A DNA stretch of 64,000 nucleotides from Cycas panzhihuaensis (lineage: Eukaryota; Plantae; Cycadophyta). Made by a program: the position numbers and the translations under genes. Each line of letters begins with the position of its first letter. Position 1 is the stretch's first letter. The notes below the pieces were generated by a model. That model was given only the letters and a program-made list of their open reading frames with translations, ran no database searches and had not been told where the DNA came from. Shown piece after piece: positions 36,100 to 50,685 of the stretch. The stretch covers positions 138,391,741-138,455,740 of the forward strand of contig CM041465.1 in assembly GCA_023213395.1 (NCBI GenBank). The letters run 5' to 3'.

Positions 36100-39000
36100 A
36101 TGTGAATGCTTGAATGCTTAGGGGAGCCTAAGTATGCAACCATAGCATATTCATTAAAATTGGCCAATGAGCTCTTGATTCGACCACCTGAGAAGATGAT
36201 AATACATTAAGATAAACATAGTAGCCATCATAGTGCTAATGAAATTTACAGTGTTGAAAATAGTAAAGGGGATGGCCCCGTACTCAACTTTACTAGGAAG
36301 TCCATGGCTATATGAGATTAAACACCCTCAAAATTAGAACAACCAAATATTTACCTATGTTGGAGGAAGTGAAAAACACAATAAAGGTGGTTCCAAATGA
36401 TGTTTCAAGTACAATGATCACAAGTAAGAGTACCACCTCATCCATCAATGAAATAAATGTATATCGAACAATAGAAAAGATGATGACTATAAGCAACCCT
36501 ATAAGGATAAACTAAATAGCTTTATAGAACCTCATCTTAAGTTAGACTCTGATGGTGAAAAAACCAATAACTTTATTTCAAACTAGTTAGAAAGGGCATA
36601 TGAAGTATCCTACCCCTCTTTTTATTATACTTGTTTTTAAAAAATTATAATTTTAACAATGTAATAAGTAAAAGTAATGATTATTTGAGTATTATTAGTA
36701 GTGATATTAGTAGTCTTACTTTAGATAGTATAATTAGTAGTGTAGATAATGATTATATGAATAGGGATTTAGAAATAATAATATAGCCAAAAAAAGAAAA
36801 TGAAATAAATGATTCTAAACCTACTATGAATAAACAAAATGATTATTTGATTAAAGAATTGATTATTTAAGCTAATCTATTTTCTAATCCTATTTCCAAC
36901 ATAAACCCTAACCCTACGCCAAACCCCAATTCCCCTCGAAAGGATGGAACCAATAATAATTCCTTCCTAAACCCCAACCCTCTACTTTCCCGTGAATCAA
37001 GGACAAGAGAGAGAGAGCCCTATCTCATTCTGATCCCTCGTACCTTCCCCTAGGGCCTCCAACCCTAATCCCCCCAAACCTCCCTCTATGGCCTCCATCT
37101 CTAGTGATTTCCAACCCTCCTATAGGGCTTGTAATCTTAATTCCCCTCTTTTTCCTTCTAAAGAAACCACCCCTAATACCCCCTTTATCCTTCCCTAGGG
37201 CTAATTTGAAAAGTGGTTTTAGCGTTAAGACTCCATCCTTCAAGTATAAGCTCAATACACCTGATAGTGACACAAATATAGAGTTTATTATCATTCTAGA
37301 AGTGGTCTTTATGTTTTGTGGAATGGATGATAATATAAGAAACTGCCATATCTAATGCATAGAGTATTAGGTTTGGAACTGAAGCTGTTGGGGGATTAAC
37401 ATTGTAATGACCCTTTAGGTACCAACCTAATGATGGTATGTAGCCTACCAACACACTTCAAATTAATCAAATTTGCAACACACATTTCAACTTTGTTTTG
37501 ATGACCAAGACTTAGGAAATATACCAACATTTTTAGTGGGTGACTACCTATGAAACTATCTCAGCATGTGTAAAACCTTCTTGAAATCTAAAGCATGCCT
37601 AGGAAAGATTGGGCCTATCTATTCTACTATACATTAGGTAAGACAAGTTAGAATTGATTATTAAGCAATGAGCATATTAGGGACGCTTTGGGGGATGAGT
37701 TGAAAAACTCATGTTCGAAAACTTTCGTATACAAATCTCCAAATATGACAATTAGTAAAATTTTAAATACATAAAAGGGTTAAGCATAGAAGTAGAAAAC
37801 TACAACCATAAGATATTGTCAATTATGATAATAGAGTAGAAAGAGGCAATCGAAGTGTATAGTAATGAGAAAGAAATAGTAACTCACTTTCATTTTTTTG
37901 GAAATGAATTATGAGAATCGAAGTATTGAGGAAATACCTAGTCATAAAATAAATGAGGAAAAAAAAGTGCAGTTTAAAGTTCTTGAGACTAAGAAGTTAA
38001 ATATCAAAGATAAAAATAATCTAAAAAACTCAACAATTAGAGATACCTATATAAGCATACAATTACTTAAGCCCAAACGCTCTTTAAAGAATTCAAAGAT
38101 GTATTCACACAATCTTACAAAGACTTTAAGGGCATTCCACTAGAGATAAGAGTGCACCACATCGACTTAATTGATAGAGCAAAATTAGTTAAGTAGAGAT
38201 GTTACTGCATGAATCCTAAATACAAGGAGGAGGTCAATGCTGAAATTAGCAAAATGTTATAAGTAAGTTACATTTACCAGATTAAATATAGTTATTAGCT
38301 CACCCAGCGGTGGTAATACCAACGAAAAACAGGAAGATTCAAGTATGTGCTAACTATCACTAATTAAATAAAGTAACAAAGAATTATAGCTTTCCCATCC
38401 CCTTCACAAAGGATGCTTTGGAAATAAAAGCTAGAGAAATGTATTCTTTTACATATGGTTTTAGTGGCTACAATCAAGTAAAGATTGCACTAGAAGATTA
38501 GGATAAGATGACATTCATCACTGAATGGGGCACATATAGGGTTATGCCATTTGAATTGATGAATGCCCTAGCCACTTTTCAATATACAGTTTTCAACATT
38601 TTCAAAAAAATAATTAGCAAGAAGGAAGTTGCATTCTTGGATGATTTTACTCTATATGGAATTATTAAGAATCACCTTAAGAACATTTCAGAGATGTTAC
38701 AAATAAACTATGTTTGATTCTAGAAATGTGTACTTTTATGGTGCCATTTGAAAATTTGTTATAATACATCAAGATTACTAATTGATCCTACTAAGGTATC
38801 TACGATATTAAACTTTTCCATTTCCCTCACCAAGAAACAATTGAAAGAATTTTTGGGATTAACCGAATGCTACCAAAGATTTATCAAAGGTTATGTTTAT
38901 ATCTCTAGGCCTCTGAAAGAATTGCTTAAAAAAGATAGTGAATAGGAATGAAAAGGTAAATAATATATGGTATTTGAAACTATTTGAAAAGATATACCAA

Positions 39001-40940
39001 CAGGACCTATCTTATGATTTCTTGATTATAATAAAATGTTTCACGTTCACATTAATGTTACACAGTTTATGATTGGGTGCATGTTGGTCCAACCTATTAA
39101 AATGAATATTCGTTGCGCAATTGCATTTTCTAATCAAAGGTTAACTAGAGCAAAATAGAACTATATGGTAATAAGAATAGAATGGGAGTGGTATATGCAC
39201 TACAAAAGTTTCGACATTACTTTGTGTTGAGTCCATTCATGTTTTACATAGACCATCAAACTCTTTTATATCTTATTAGCAAACTATTACACTACTAGGG
39301 ACAATCAATAAATGGCTAATATTGTTTCAGGAGTTCATGTTTAATATCTTTGTTAAACCAATGAAAGTCCATATTATATCCAATCAATTATCAAGAATCA
39401 ACAATGACAAAAGAAAAAAAAAAGGGTTTCTAATAACTTTCTAAATGTCCATTTATTCAAAAGTCAATGTTGTGGCACCAGAATGGTATGAGAACATTCT
39501 TCAATATTTGTCAACTGGAGAATTACCATAAGCATGAATAAAGGAGAGAAATGGCACTTGGTAAAGAATACAAAGCCTTACCAACTAGTTCAAAGAGAAT
39601 TATAGCAACTTGGTCCTAAGTGTATATTATAATGATGCATCATGCCAGAGAAGGTGAAACAAATCATATCCCAAACACATCAAGGTGTGGTTAATGAACA
39701 CGAGCAAAGAAGTGACATGTCATAAGATATTAAATGCTAGGCTATGGTGGCCAACATTATTCAATGATATACAAAAATGAGAGAGAAAATACAACTATTG
39801 CCAATGGATAAGGAAACCTCACGACCAAGATATCCAACCACTCAACCCAACCCCAAACTCCACTTGAGAAATGGGGAATGGATGTTGTTGGTCCCATACA
39901 TCCTACAGCTGCAAGATCTCAAGCATAATATATCGATTGCCACTGATTATTCCACCAAATAGGTAGAAACAAGGCCACTCAAGAGTGTGGGCACCCAAAG
40001 TATAATGTAATTCCTATATGGAGTGATCATCATAAGATTTGGGTGTGTGTTGGAATTAGTAAGTAATCAGGGCTCCCATTTTCTCAATGTCATCATTTAA
40101 GCACTTCTAATGACTTTCATGATCAGCCATCAAAAATCAACTCCATATTATCTATGAGTTAATAGATAGACATAAAACTTTAATAAAATTATTAAAACTA
40201 ACAACGAAAAAACTGTGATATTGGTCAATTAGATTGGAGGAAAAGGTTACCCTCAGTATTATGGGCATTTCGTATTATCTATAAAAAAATCTACAAGACA
40301 AACCCCTTTTGGTTACTTTATGCATTAGAGGCCATTGTTCCTTATGAGTTTAAGATTCTAAATCTGCACATAGCCCTGACTTGTCACTTCAAAGATGATG
40401 AATCCCTTCAAGAAAAACTTGCAATTAATCCAATTAGAAAATACAAGACAGATGGCAATTTGGATGCAAACCATTAAGAAAATTTGACAAAAAAACATGA
40501 CATGACCACCACATCTAATCATCACAATTCCAGGAAGGCGATAAAATGCTACTCTATAATGAAAAGTTTAAGACCCATCTAGAGAAACTCAAAATATATT
40601 AGTTAGCTTCGTATATGGTCTAGCAAATATTGGATAATGGTTCAATTCAACTCTAGGAGCCAAATGCATGACGACTGCCAAAGTTTGTGAATGGCAGTAA
40701 GTTAAAACCCTATCATTGTTAAGGTTACCAACATCACCAAAAGAATCAACAATTATACCATGAACATATTACTTGAGTTGAGGATAGTGGAGATTGTCCT
40801 AGTATAAAAAGTTGGATTTGTGTTGATACATAAAGAAAAATACAAAGTGAAAACAAAAAATAGAAAAAATTAACACATAACTTGAATGCAGGGACTTAAC
40901 AACACTAACAGATATTTGGGGGAGGGGAGGGGGGAATTAC
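36100..40940 (+). mobile_element. Heavily decayed non-chromovirus gypsy (Athila-like) pol: PR, RT, RH, INT, PPT
   Basis: APYSTLLGSPWL (PR); GFSGYNQVKI, FITEWGTY.VMPF, FLDD (RT); FHVHIN (RH); WWPTLFND, IATDYSTK, VSNQGSHF, VNGSKLKPY (INT). Purine tract TTGGGGGAGGGGAGGGGG at ~40916-40935. Confidence 0.85.
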
Positions 40941-42098
40941 ATAAACAACTAAGCCCTACAAAACCCTTATGCAAAACGATAATGAGTCAAATGAGAGCAA
41001 AATTTTTGATTGAGTGTTTTTCTCTTAAGTACCCCTAGTAGCATTTAGTAAAATATTTGACCAAGCATTCCACTACCATTCTAATGTTGATAAGTGTTTT
41101 TACAAACATTTTCATGACAAACTTTTAAAAATTGAGAGAGAATTATTGGAACGCTACCTACCACACTTACAATTGAGTATTTAAGGATGTCTGATGAATT
41201 TAATCTAGCCATAATCAGAATCAGTTGGAGGTAGCATGTGTTACCACTCCTTTATTGGGACAACACCGCAATGAAAAGCATTATAGAGTTGGTCTCTAGA
41301 AATATGGACAAGATAGAGATATTTATCGATCTCATTGAGCAAATCACCAAGTTACCTTGTGTCATGAGGGTGCTAATTGGAGACGAGAATGGCAGTAGAT
41401 AAGAGTTGGTTTTACATGGCCTTTGCAAATCAGATTCATGCACATACAAGGGAGGCACAAAGATTAAAGATCTCTTAGATCTAGAATTGAGATGGCTAGC
41501 CAAAATCTATGTCTTATAATTCCTCGTGAAGAAAAAAAATCACATATTACCCTACCAAGATTCACATACCGCCCTACCAAGATTCTAACAACCCTCCTAG
41601 AGGTGCAAGAGGGAATACCACTTAACTAGAGTGACTATTTGGCACAATCACTCCAAAAATAATTATAAGAATTAAGAGAGCTAAAATTGGTGTTTAAATA
41701 TCCCTCATCACTATTAAGACTTGTTTGCCCAAATACTTACAACACAGTCGTCCAAACAATAATTGAGGATGGATGGCTTCTATGTTAACAATGGATAGGT
41801 TCATTTCTCCTAGACGTACATTTAGATGAAGTTAATTACTTGTAATCATGATAATAACACAGATTATATTATGGTTTCAAGCTAATACATATTTCACTCA
41901 TCCTCATCACCCTTAAAAAATTAAAAAAACTTGGCAGCAAACAAAATAGGTGGTCAAGTCCACGATGGATATAGAATCAATTGGAGAATTAACACTGCCA
42001 CCACAGGAACTGAATGAGGGAACTGTCCAAGATGAAGGAAGCCTAGTAAACAAAATCCAACAAATGAACGAATGGCTCAATGAACTAATAATGTATAA

Positions 42099-45000
42099 TC
42101 AAGGCTAAATTGTAGACTCAAAGAATGTTACCTAATTCAAGGATTATCGAAGAGGTGACAGAAAATGAATTATATTCTATTACCTTTAAAATCTCATGCT
42201 TACATTCACGTTACACACTTTGATTTTTGTATAATAAGGTACCTCTCATTTATATTGAGGGTTTTGTAACCACCTGAAAACCTACCTAAGTGGTTGTCCT
42301 ATCGACTAAGTTAATTGACGTTATTGATTAACTCCAAATTATCTAACTAATTAATTAATTGACTAATATAGTAACTTAAATATACTTTACATATAAGTAC
42401 AATAATTTACACATTATTTTATATGGTGTCATGACATATAGATTAGTAATACTCATTATCCCTCCCTGTTCTAAAGAAAATTGACCCAAATTTCTTAGTC
42501 TTTGATGAATAAACAAAAGGTAATCCACAATGTTTGACGTAGACCATGTTGTCTTTTTATTCACCAAGGAGAGAGATGATGTTGAATGAGATCCCCTAAT
42601 ACTAAGAAGTGATGTTGATGAGTATGGAAATGAAGAATCTCGCATAACAATCTTTGACTCAACTATGGGTTTCTCATTAATAGTTGTCAATTAAAATGCC
42701 TTGAAAAGTATGTGTCCAACGGATATTGAAGAATTATCATACAAAGTAGGTTTTATGTTATTAAACCCTTCCTTAGTGTGACATACATTTTGTACGATGT
42801 TATATCCTATTACCTGTGTTGGGTGCAAACTTGCAAGAATGGCTACAAGTACATTCATCAGCAAGATATGAGAATGATTTACTTGCTCTTGGATAGATCT
42901 CTCTAACGATGTGGAATCCCCTAGCTCTAGTGGCAATGCTAGTTGAAAAAACATTTGTACCTATTGAGTGCTTGGTTCAAGCCTTGGTCTTACAAATAGG
43001 TTAATGCTTTCTCAAACAAAATAGGTGAGTTTGGTTGCTTGCGTACTTATTCTTGAAGTAACCGGAGATGATGAAGAGTGGAGTACATAATTTGTGTTGT
43101 ATTTCTGCAAGTGATATATATTAGCAAGCCCATAATACACGACCTCTCAATCATATTGATAGAGTCTACTTAAACATAATTCACAACAATCCATGAGAAT
43201 TACATCACAAGTGACTCTCTACATAAGGCATCATTGTAAATGTTACATGACACTCTGTCGATCTTTGTTTGCAAAGCTCTCTCTTTTTTAACCCATCCAA
43301 GTGGGGAAGGATTAGGATAAGGCTCTATAAAGAGATTGAGATCCCTAACAATTTTATTAGATACCAAATTTTTCATACTACCATTGTCAATAATGCATGA
43401 TATGATGCGGTCCTTAGTCTAGCAATTCTGAATAAAGAGAACTTCTCTGGTTGAAGTATTATAATCCTTTGTCGTCATGACAAACTTGAGATCTACCACC
43501 ATATAATTAGTGATAAGTATTATTGGTGGCTCCATGTAACTGCTTGATGTACTAACCTCCCCATTTAGTGTGTTGCTTTCTTCTTTGGTTAACAAGGTCT
43601 TTGCTTTAAGCTTTATATTGCTCCTACTTCCATCATTCCTTGATGGAGTGACTACTAGTCTTATGTAATGTGGAGTACTTGGATTTCCCCTTCTCTTCTA
43701 TTGAGGGATTTGTTACACCAATTTCTTTTCCCTGATTAAAAGGTTGTTTTAATAATCATTGTTGCTACAATCAAGTAAAAGATCTATAGATCTTGCTTTC
43801 CATTTTCAATGTGTACTAGAAAACTTCATCTAGGGATAAAATTTGTATGGGATCTAACTTTTCTTACATAATGAGAATAGTCCACTCAAGAGTTTGAGCA
43901 TGAAGACATGCTCAAAATCCTATGACTCTACCAATAAGACCATTTTATTAAAAATATTGTTATATTTTTGAACAATTTGTTTAATTTGTTGTCACAACAG
44001 TAACCACTTCTTTTTCCTTTTATCTTTGTTTACAATAGGATAAAATTGCTCTTGAAATATTATTTTAAAATTGTCCCAAGAACTTATTTTGCCATGGGTG
44101 TTTACATATATTTACCACCATACTAGGCTTGCTCTGCGTTGTATCTCTGCAGCAATAATTTTTTCATCATTTAGAAGGCCTTGACACTTGAAACAAACCT
44201 CTAAGCTTCAAACCCAACTATCTAAGGTTTTGGCATTAATGGTGCCATGAAACTTCAAAATGATTATTTGAGTATACAATTTAAACTACAAATGCTAAAT
44301 AGAACTATTATGTGAACCTAGATTTGTTAGCCCTGTAGGAGGAGTTGTTTGTTGTGTCTATTATACCATCACTTGTTGAAACATCATCATATATTCTACA
44401 TCGTCTAGGCTTAAACACCTACTTGTCGCTGCAATGCAATCTCCATCATTTATATAATAAAAGCCAAGGAAAACTCCTCTGATCTTCACTCAGAGTCTTC
44501 AGCCATATCCTCCTTGGAAGAAACATGTTTTCCTCTATAAGATATGTTATATTTGACAAAAACTTAATAATTAACTTCAAAGATGTGAAAATACTTTTAC
44601 AAATGTCAGTATTTTAATGGCTCAAAATTTATTATGGGTATTAAAATCTCTTAGCACAACTTCTATTTTTGGTGTACTTGATCAAGAAAGATGTGAGTTT
44701 CAGCACTAGACAATTAACTTTTTAATGCTTTAAGTCATTATACTATCACATTTGCTTTTAATAACTCTTTCCTTGTTAATAAACTTTCGCACTTGGACAC
44801 TCATTGATTAAGAAAATGGCTTTACACAAAATGTTGCCCGTGCAATTCTAAAAATAATGATGTTTCTCCAATTTTTATAGAGCTTATAATGATAGTTTAA
44901 TTAATCTATACATAACTCTTGAAACTTGGGGAATATGCTAAAAATATTTTTAAAGAATATGCCAAGAATATTCTAACTAAAATATTTTTCCCTAACCTTA

Positions 45001-46206
45001 CAATAAGTCAATTTTTTTTTTATTATCAACTTTTTGCAACATTTCCATCTCTACAATTTTGTGTTTTCTTCATATTTGAGGGTAATTTTTCGTCATAGAA
45101 ATCAAATTTACTAGGCATTTGATCTTAGTTCATTAGTTGGTTTGGCATTAGTCATGGTGTCTACATGGATGCTTGACGTGTTATTTTATCGATTAGTCTA
45201 GTCTCACCTTTGTTGTTTTGCTCGCTTCTTGACTTGTCAATATATTCATTCCAGGTGGCAATTAGGTCACCTCACCTTACAATCCATTTCAATCTTCGGT
45301 GTCTTGTTGTTTGCCAGTCTACATTACATTCACATTTATAGGCATTTGCCCCCATTAGGCATTTGCAAGTGATTTTGCTATTGTCCTTTATGGACTATTC
45401 GAGGATCCCACATCTAACACCACCTTCCTTGAGGTATTTCCCTACAACTGCAAGACTTCAATGAAGTGAATACTTTGGCCTAGAGGGCTCTCTTTTCCAT
45501 GTGGCATGAATTGTCACATTTTTCACATGATTTAAAATGGCATCTAGCCCCTTGACGATGCTTCATCTTTCTCTCGACAACAATGCTAAGTCTTTTCTAA
45601 GGGGATCACATGTTACAAATCTCAACCTCTGACTCAAGTGTTGCCTAAGAATTGATCTTTCTCATGAGCAAAGCATCCTCACATGGCTAGGGAATCACAT
45701 GATTCCTTTAATTTTTAAAGCAAGGTGAATATATAGATACTTTATATTCTTCTACCAAATTCGAAACCACCTAAGCTTCTTTAAAATTTAATTAAATCTT
45801 TACAAACACTAGGGTATCAGACTCCATATATCTTCTTTAAAATCCCCTATTTATGAGTGGGCAAACCAACAATTAGATTGCATGCACACCATCTAATATG
45901 TAATTGATAGTGAAATGCAAACTCAAAGAACATTAACTAATTCAAGGATTATCAAAGAGATGATTGAAAATGAATTCTCTTCTATTAACTCCAAAATAGG
46001 GCTTACATTCACATTGCACACACTCTAATACCTGTACAATAAAATGCCTCTTATTTATATTGAAGGCTTAGTGACCACCTAAAAACCTACTCAACTAATT
46101 CTCCGACTAATTGACATACTAATTTAAATGTATTTCACATTTATAAGTACAATAGTTTACACATTGTATTATAATGCCATGACATATAGATAAATAATAT
46201 TCAACA
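42099..46206 (-). mobile_element. Internally deleted chromovirus (CRM-like) LTR element with gag/protease relics
   Basis: Diverged direct repeats at ~42099-42459 and 45905-46206. Reverse PPT TCCCTCCC at ~42459. Gag FHGTINAKTLDSWV*SLEVCF...SLVWW...SSWDNFK..FQEQFYP at ~44040-44260. TSD not found. Confidence 0.7.
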
Positions 46207-47340
46207 ACTTTTAAGAAAATGGAAGTAACAATAATAATATATTACAAATTTACAGCAAAAATTTAGGAACAAAACATCAAAGAAAAGAATATATTGATGA
46301 AGAATAATGAAGACGTGACAAAGGAAGCACAAAAAATGAACTTGCAGATTGGTAAACTATAATAGAAGCACGAGAGAAGTGAGGGAAAGTGCCCACCAAT
46401 CACACACAATTTTTGATAGAGTAACAACTAAGATTTTGGCAACATTGTGGAAAGATGAAACTTTTTTTTTTATAACACTCCAAGGTAGATATATGTAGTG
46501 AAATTGGTTTCGAAATGCTTGAGAATAGCCAAGAACATTTCTAGGGATAATTTTTGAGACATAATCCAATGAAAATTTAATAAGAATCAATGAAATTTTA
46601 ACAAAGAATATTTGTTAAACGATTATGGGAAGCTTTTGAAACACCTAAGATGATTACAAGCCCTAAAACTAGATCTCAAAGCACAATTCTCTCAAGGGCT
46701 AAAATGTTTTTAAAACAATTATAATAATGAAAAAACAATTCTAAAACTACAGACGCTTCATAGGGAACAATTATGTGCCCAAGTTTCTAGAGACTAATCA
46801 TACAACTATGCAAACATACGAATATATTAAAAGGCAAATGTTCATGATTAATTAAGATTTTGCATATATATAAATGATATGATTGTAAAGCCATGCTCAT
46901 TTGAATTTTAGGCTATGTAAAAAAGTAATAGGTCATTTCTTCCATTAGTTTGATGCTGAGAGCCAAACAATAAAAGTGATGTGATATAAAATTATAAAAT
47001 TTTTGTATCAAATGTTGATTGATAAAATATCCAAGTCACAAAAAAAAATTTAAAATATTCAATATGGTTAATGAATGGTTGCTTATGTTATAATTGAGTA
47101 TGTTACATATGTGGTGCAAAGTTGTTATACATGTTATAACCTAAATGCAATCAACATCAAGGAGTAAAGAGGACACATCACAACTATGTTATTAAAGGGT
47201 TTCATGATACCAATGAGCCAAGTAGCACTTAACAATATTTATAAAACCAACTAATGTTCACTAGTACCATTATTTTTATAAAATCAACAAACTAGAAATG
47301 AGACAACTCAAAAGTCAACCCCTGACCATGCTACCGTCAA

Positions 47341-47414
47341 GAGTAGAATGAAATAGCTATTAAGAATAACAATAAAGCAACGAGTAGAATGAAATAGCTA
47401 TAAGAATAACAATA
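47341..47414. repeat. 41-bp-period tandem duplication
   Basis: GAGTAGAATGAAATAGCTAT(T)AAGAATAACAATA occurs twice. Confidence 0.85.
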
Positions 47415-49915
47415 GACCAACATGAGTGATTGGTTTCATAGGGGCACTCTATATCAAAATAATTGATGACAAATTTCATATGCATTATTAAGCTTCAAGT
47501 ATTTTTATATAACATTTTGGATGCCATTGAAAATCTAATTTTCAATGCAACAATGGGAGAAATTTTAATACATAAGGACTCAACAATCTATGTGGACAAA
47601 TAATTTAGGAGCAAGATCAACCACCTCCACAACAAAACTAATATCAACATAAACAAATGTAACCAAGCTATTACTAATGTAGACCGTTGCAATTTGTGGG
47701 CACCAATAGGCATAACTGTTTTTTAATACCGTCAACAACATATACCTTCAAAAAATCCAACCTTGAACCACAAAAATGGAATGGAAAAACCTGTACAAGA
47801 ACCCTAATCTAATAATGCCTTTTACATTCACGTATTGGGAGATGTAATCTGTTTAATTATTCTTATTGGTATTTGTTTGAACGTATTGGTCTACAACGTG
47901 GCCACTGCCAAAGATGCTCCTGTGTCGACCATGCATGCTCCCTCTTGAAATTGTGCCATGCATTTGTTAATTAATTTTTGTTTTATTATCTATCAGCACA
48001 ATAATATTACCCAAACTTGAGTGAACTTGGCTTGCATGTATTGTGCTCTAATGAACAAATAAAATAGTTGTTATTCACTCCCCTCTACAATCATCAATTT
48101 CTACAATCTTGCAGGTATGTGTTCATGTAGCTTGGCACATGGATTGTTTAATGAAACCAAAAATGGGTATAAATACTACCAAAACATTTCTCAAAAATCC
48201 GCTCAAACAAGCCACCATAAATACTCATGTGCCAACCCACTCTCAATAATTTGAAAAACATAAATGCAATTATAAAATATTCATTAGAGCAATTTGCCAT
48301 TAAACAATAACAAACTCTCCGAAAACTACCCCTCTGGTTACATTAATACAACAATACCAAAGGGTTTAATATAATGAAGTGGTTTTAAAACTAAAAAATG
48401 AGATACCCCTTAAAACCTAGTAAATATTAGAACCATGATATTTTCATTAGAAATAGCACATCATAAACTCCCCACGCAATTGCAAAGATGGACCAATAAA
48501 TAACACAAAGTTTTCCCAACAATTACTTAAAAATTATTTCACAGTAATTGAACAATTGAACTTCAGTATCAAATGGTGAATAATCCATGCATATCATATA
48601 CAAGCCATCCTACCACACAATTAACCATGACCATACAGCCTCAAAGCAAACATACCACGACATACTAATAACTTATGACAATTATATAATAATCAATGAT
48701 ACATTTGAAAAATGTAAGAATCATAACATTTTATATAAAAACAACTACAGCCATGGGTTTTAAAAATGCACCCATTTGTGAAAGCCGAGTATTACATTCT
48801 AAAGTAGTGTTTTCCAAGGTAAAAACCAAATATGTTTAACGTCTTGTACCATATAATTTTATCATTAATGAGATAATAGGGGCTAATAAACTGCCAGCGT
48901 GGCTTCTTATGGCATAATCATAGTGATTCTACGCCTAGCTCTTATTGGCCATATAGGATTTCGTGTATGCCAATTTTTCCATATAGATTCTGATTTTGTA
49001 TGGATGTGAATTGAATACTGTATTCCACTGCAGCATTCCCAATGGTGCGAGCTGGGTGAACTACGGTAGTTTATTGTATGTTCTTATCATCAATGAACTA
49101 CTAACAGGTTCTGAAAGTGCCTTAGTCTTTGTTATACAGTGATGCAACATGGATTATATGTTTTGTTCTTGTTCTTCGTATACACTATAGTAGGCCATGT
49201 TGTATGTCAAATGTCATCCTTGCACAAACATTCTGATCTGTATGCAGTGGTGGACCATAGCAAACGATTCAGATACCCCAACGCAGTTGAACAAATTCTT
49301 TCCTCCATTCAAGTCGCACCAGGACACCATGTAAAAGAGTGAAAATTACAAAAGGAAAGAAAGATGAAAGATTTTCAAAAATCAGACCAACCACTAATGA
49401 CAAATCTATTACAGTGAATTGTGCCCACAAGACTGGCACTAAATACACAAAACACAAGGCCTGCCCCTTTCAAGTTGGATCAAATAATCATCATTCCAAG
49501 CTCATAACCCGTGGATTTTAGGATCAACTCATAAGCATTATGAGTAATTACATATGAAGAAGCCAAATGCATTTAATCTGTAAAAATTATATTCACAGGT
49601 GCAGCCATTTTTGAAACTGTACTGTTCTTTCCTGTTTATAGACTCTACAAAAACAACCACTCACTGTGATAATTCCACTATATTACTTTTCCAGTATTTC
49701 CCTATTTCATCTGGGTATTAAACACTTGTAGGTGCTTTTAACAAAACATAGGCTGCAATCATTCTATGTGAAACCCAATAAACTAGTTGCACCTCTTTGA
49801 AAATAAATCCATTCTTGACAATGCACATACAAAATGCTGATGGAAGGCACCACGTGGATGGAACACAATCCAAATCATAGCACTCTACAAATAAAACCCA
49901 TGCCTGACATTCATG

Positions 49916-50404
49916 TTGATGAAAAGGCAACAAATACTGCAGTCACTTCAAGACAACATCAGGACCCTTACAAAAATCAAAGATCTAAAACAGAAAATTT
50001 TAGAACAGCCATATTAGGAAATGAGTCCCTCAATCAACTAATATTTCTCAACAAATAACAAAATTTTCCAGTGACCTCTTGATGAAAAGGCAACAAGTAT
50101 TGCAATCACTTCAAGACAACATCAGGACACTTAAGAAAATCAAAGATCTAAAACAGAAAATTTTAGAACAGCCATATTAGGAAATGAGTCCCTCAATCAA
50201 CTAATGTTTCTCAACAAATAACAGAATTTTCCAGTGACCTCTTGATGAAAAGGCAACAAATACTGCAGTCACTTCAAGACAACATCAGGACCCTTATGAA
50301 AATCAAAGATCTAAAACAGAAAATTTTAAAACAGCCATTTTAGGAAATAAGTCCCTCAATCAACTAATATTTCTCAACAAATAACAAAATTTTCCAGTGA
50401 CCTC
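49916..50404. repeat. Three near-identical 163-bp tandem units downstream of CPN60
   Basis: TTGATGAAAAGGCAAC starts at 49916, 50079 and 50242. Confidence 0.95.
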
Positions 50405-50685
50405 TTGACCTCTTTGATTACATTTTCACCCCACAGACAGCTATCTTGAAGCAACTGCAAGGTGCTTCAATCGACAAGCCTTTTGGCCAGCTTGGACATA
50501 TAATCAAATGCTCAACTAGGGAAGAAGCGGTGGTATAATTAGCGTTACGTTCAAAATAAATATATCAAATCTAAATAACCTGCAGTAAACTAAATCCTAC
50601 TTTCCAACCATTGCCAACTAGGCCTCGTAACTGGGAGCCACACCAAACTAGAATGGCAGCACACCCAACTCAATAAAAGCCTCTC

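Noticed and set aside
36550-37640. Possible solo LTR between the protease and RT relics
   Set aside because: LTR-like composition but no TSD or partner copy found, so it was left inside the broader element call.
48740-48815. Helitron-like 3' hairpin
   Set aside because: Poor stem and no CTRR terminus at the expected distance.
49380-49495. Box C/D snoRNA-like ATGATGA...CTGA on the minus strand
   Set aside because: No convincing terminal stem or recognisable rRNA guide. Such motifs are frequent by chance.
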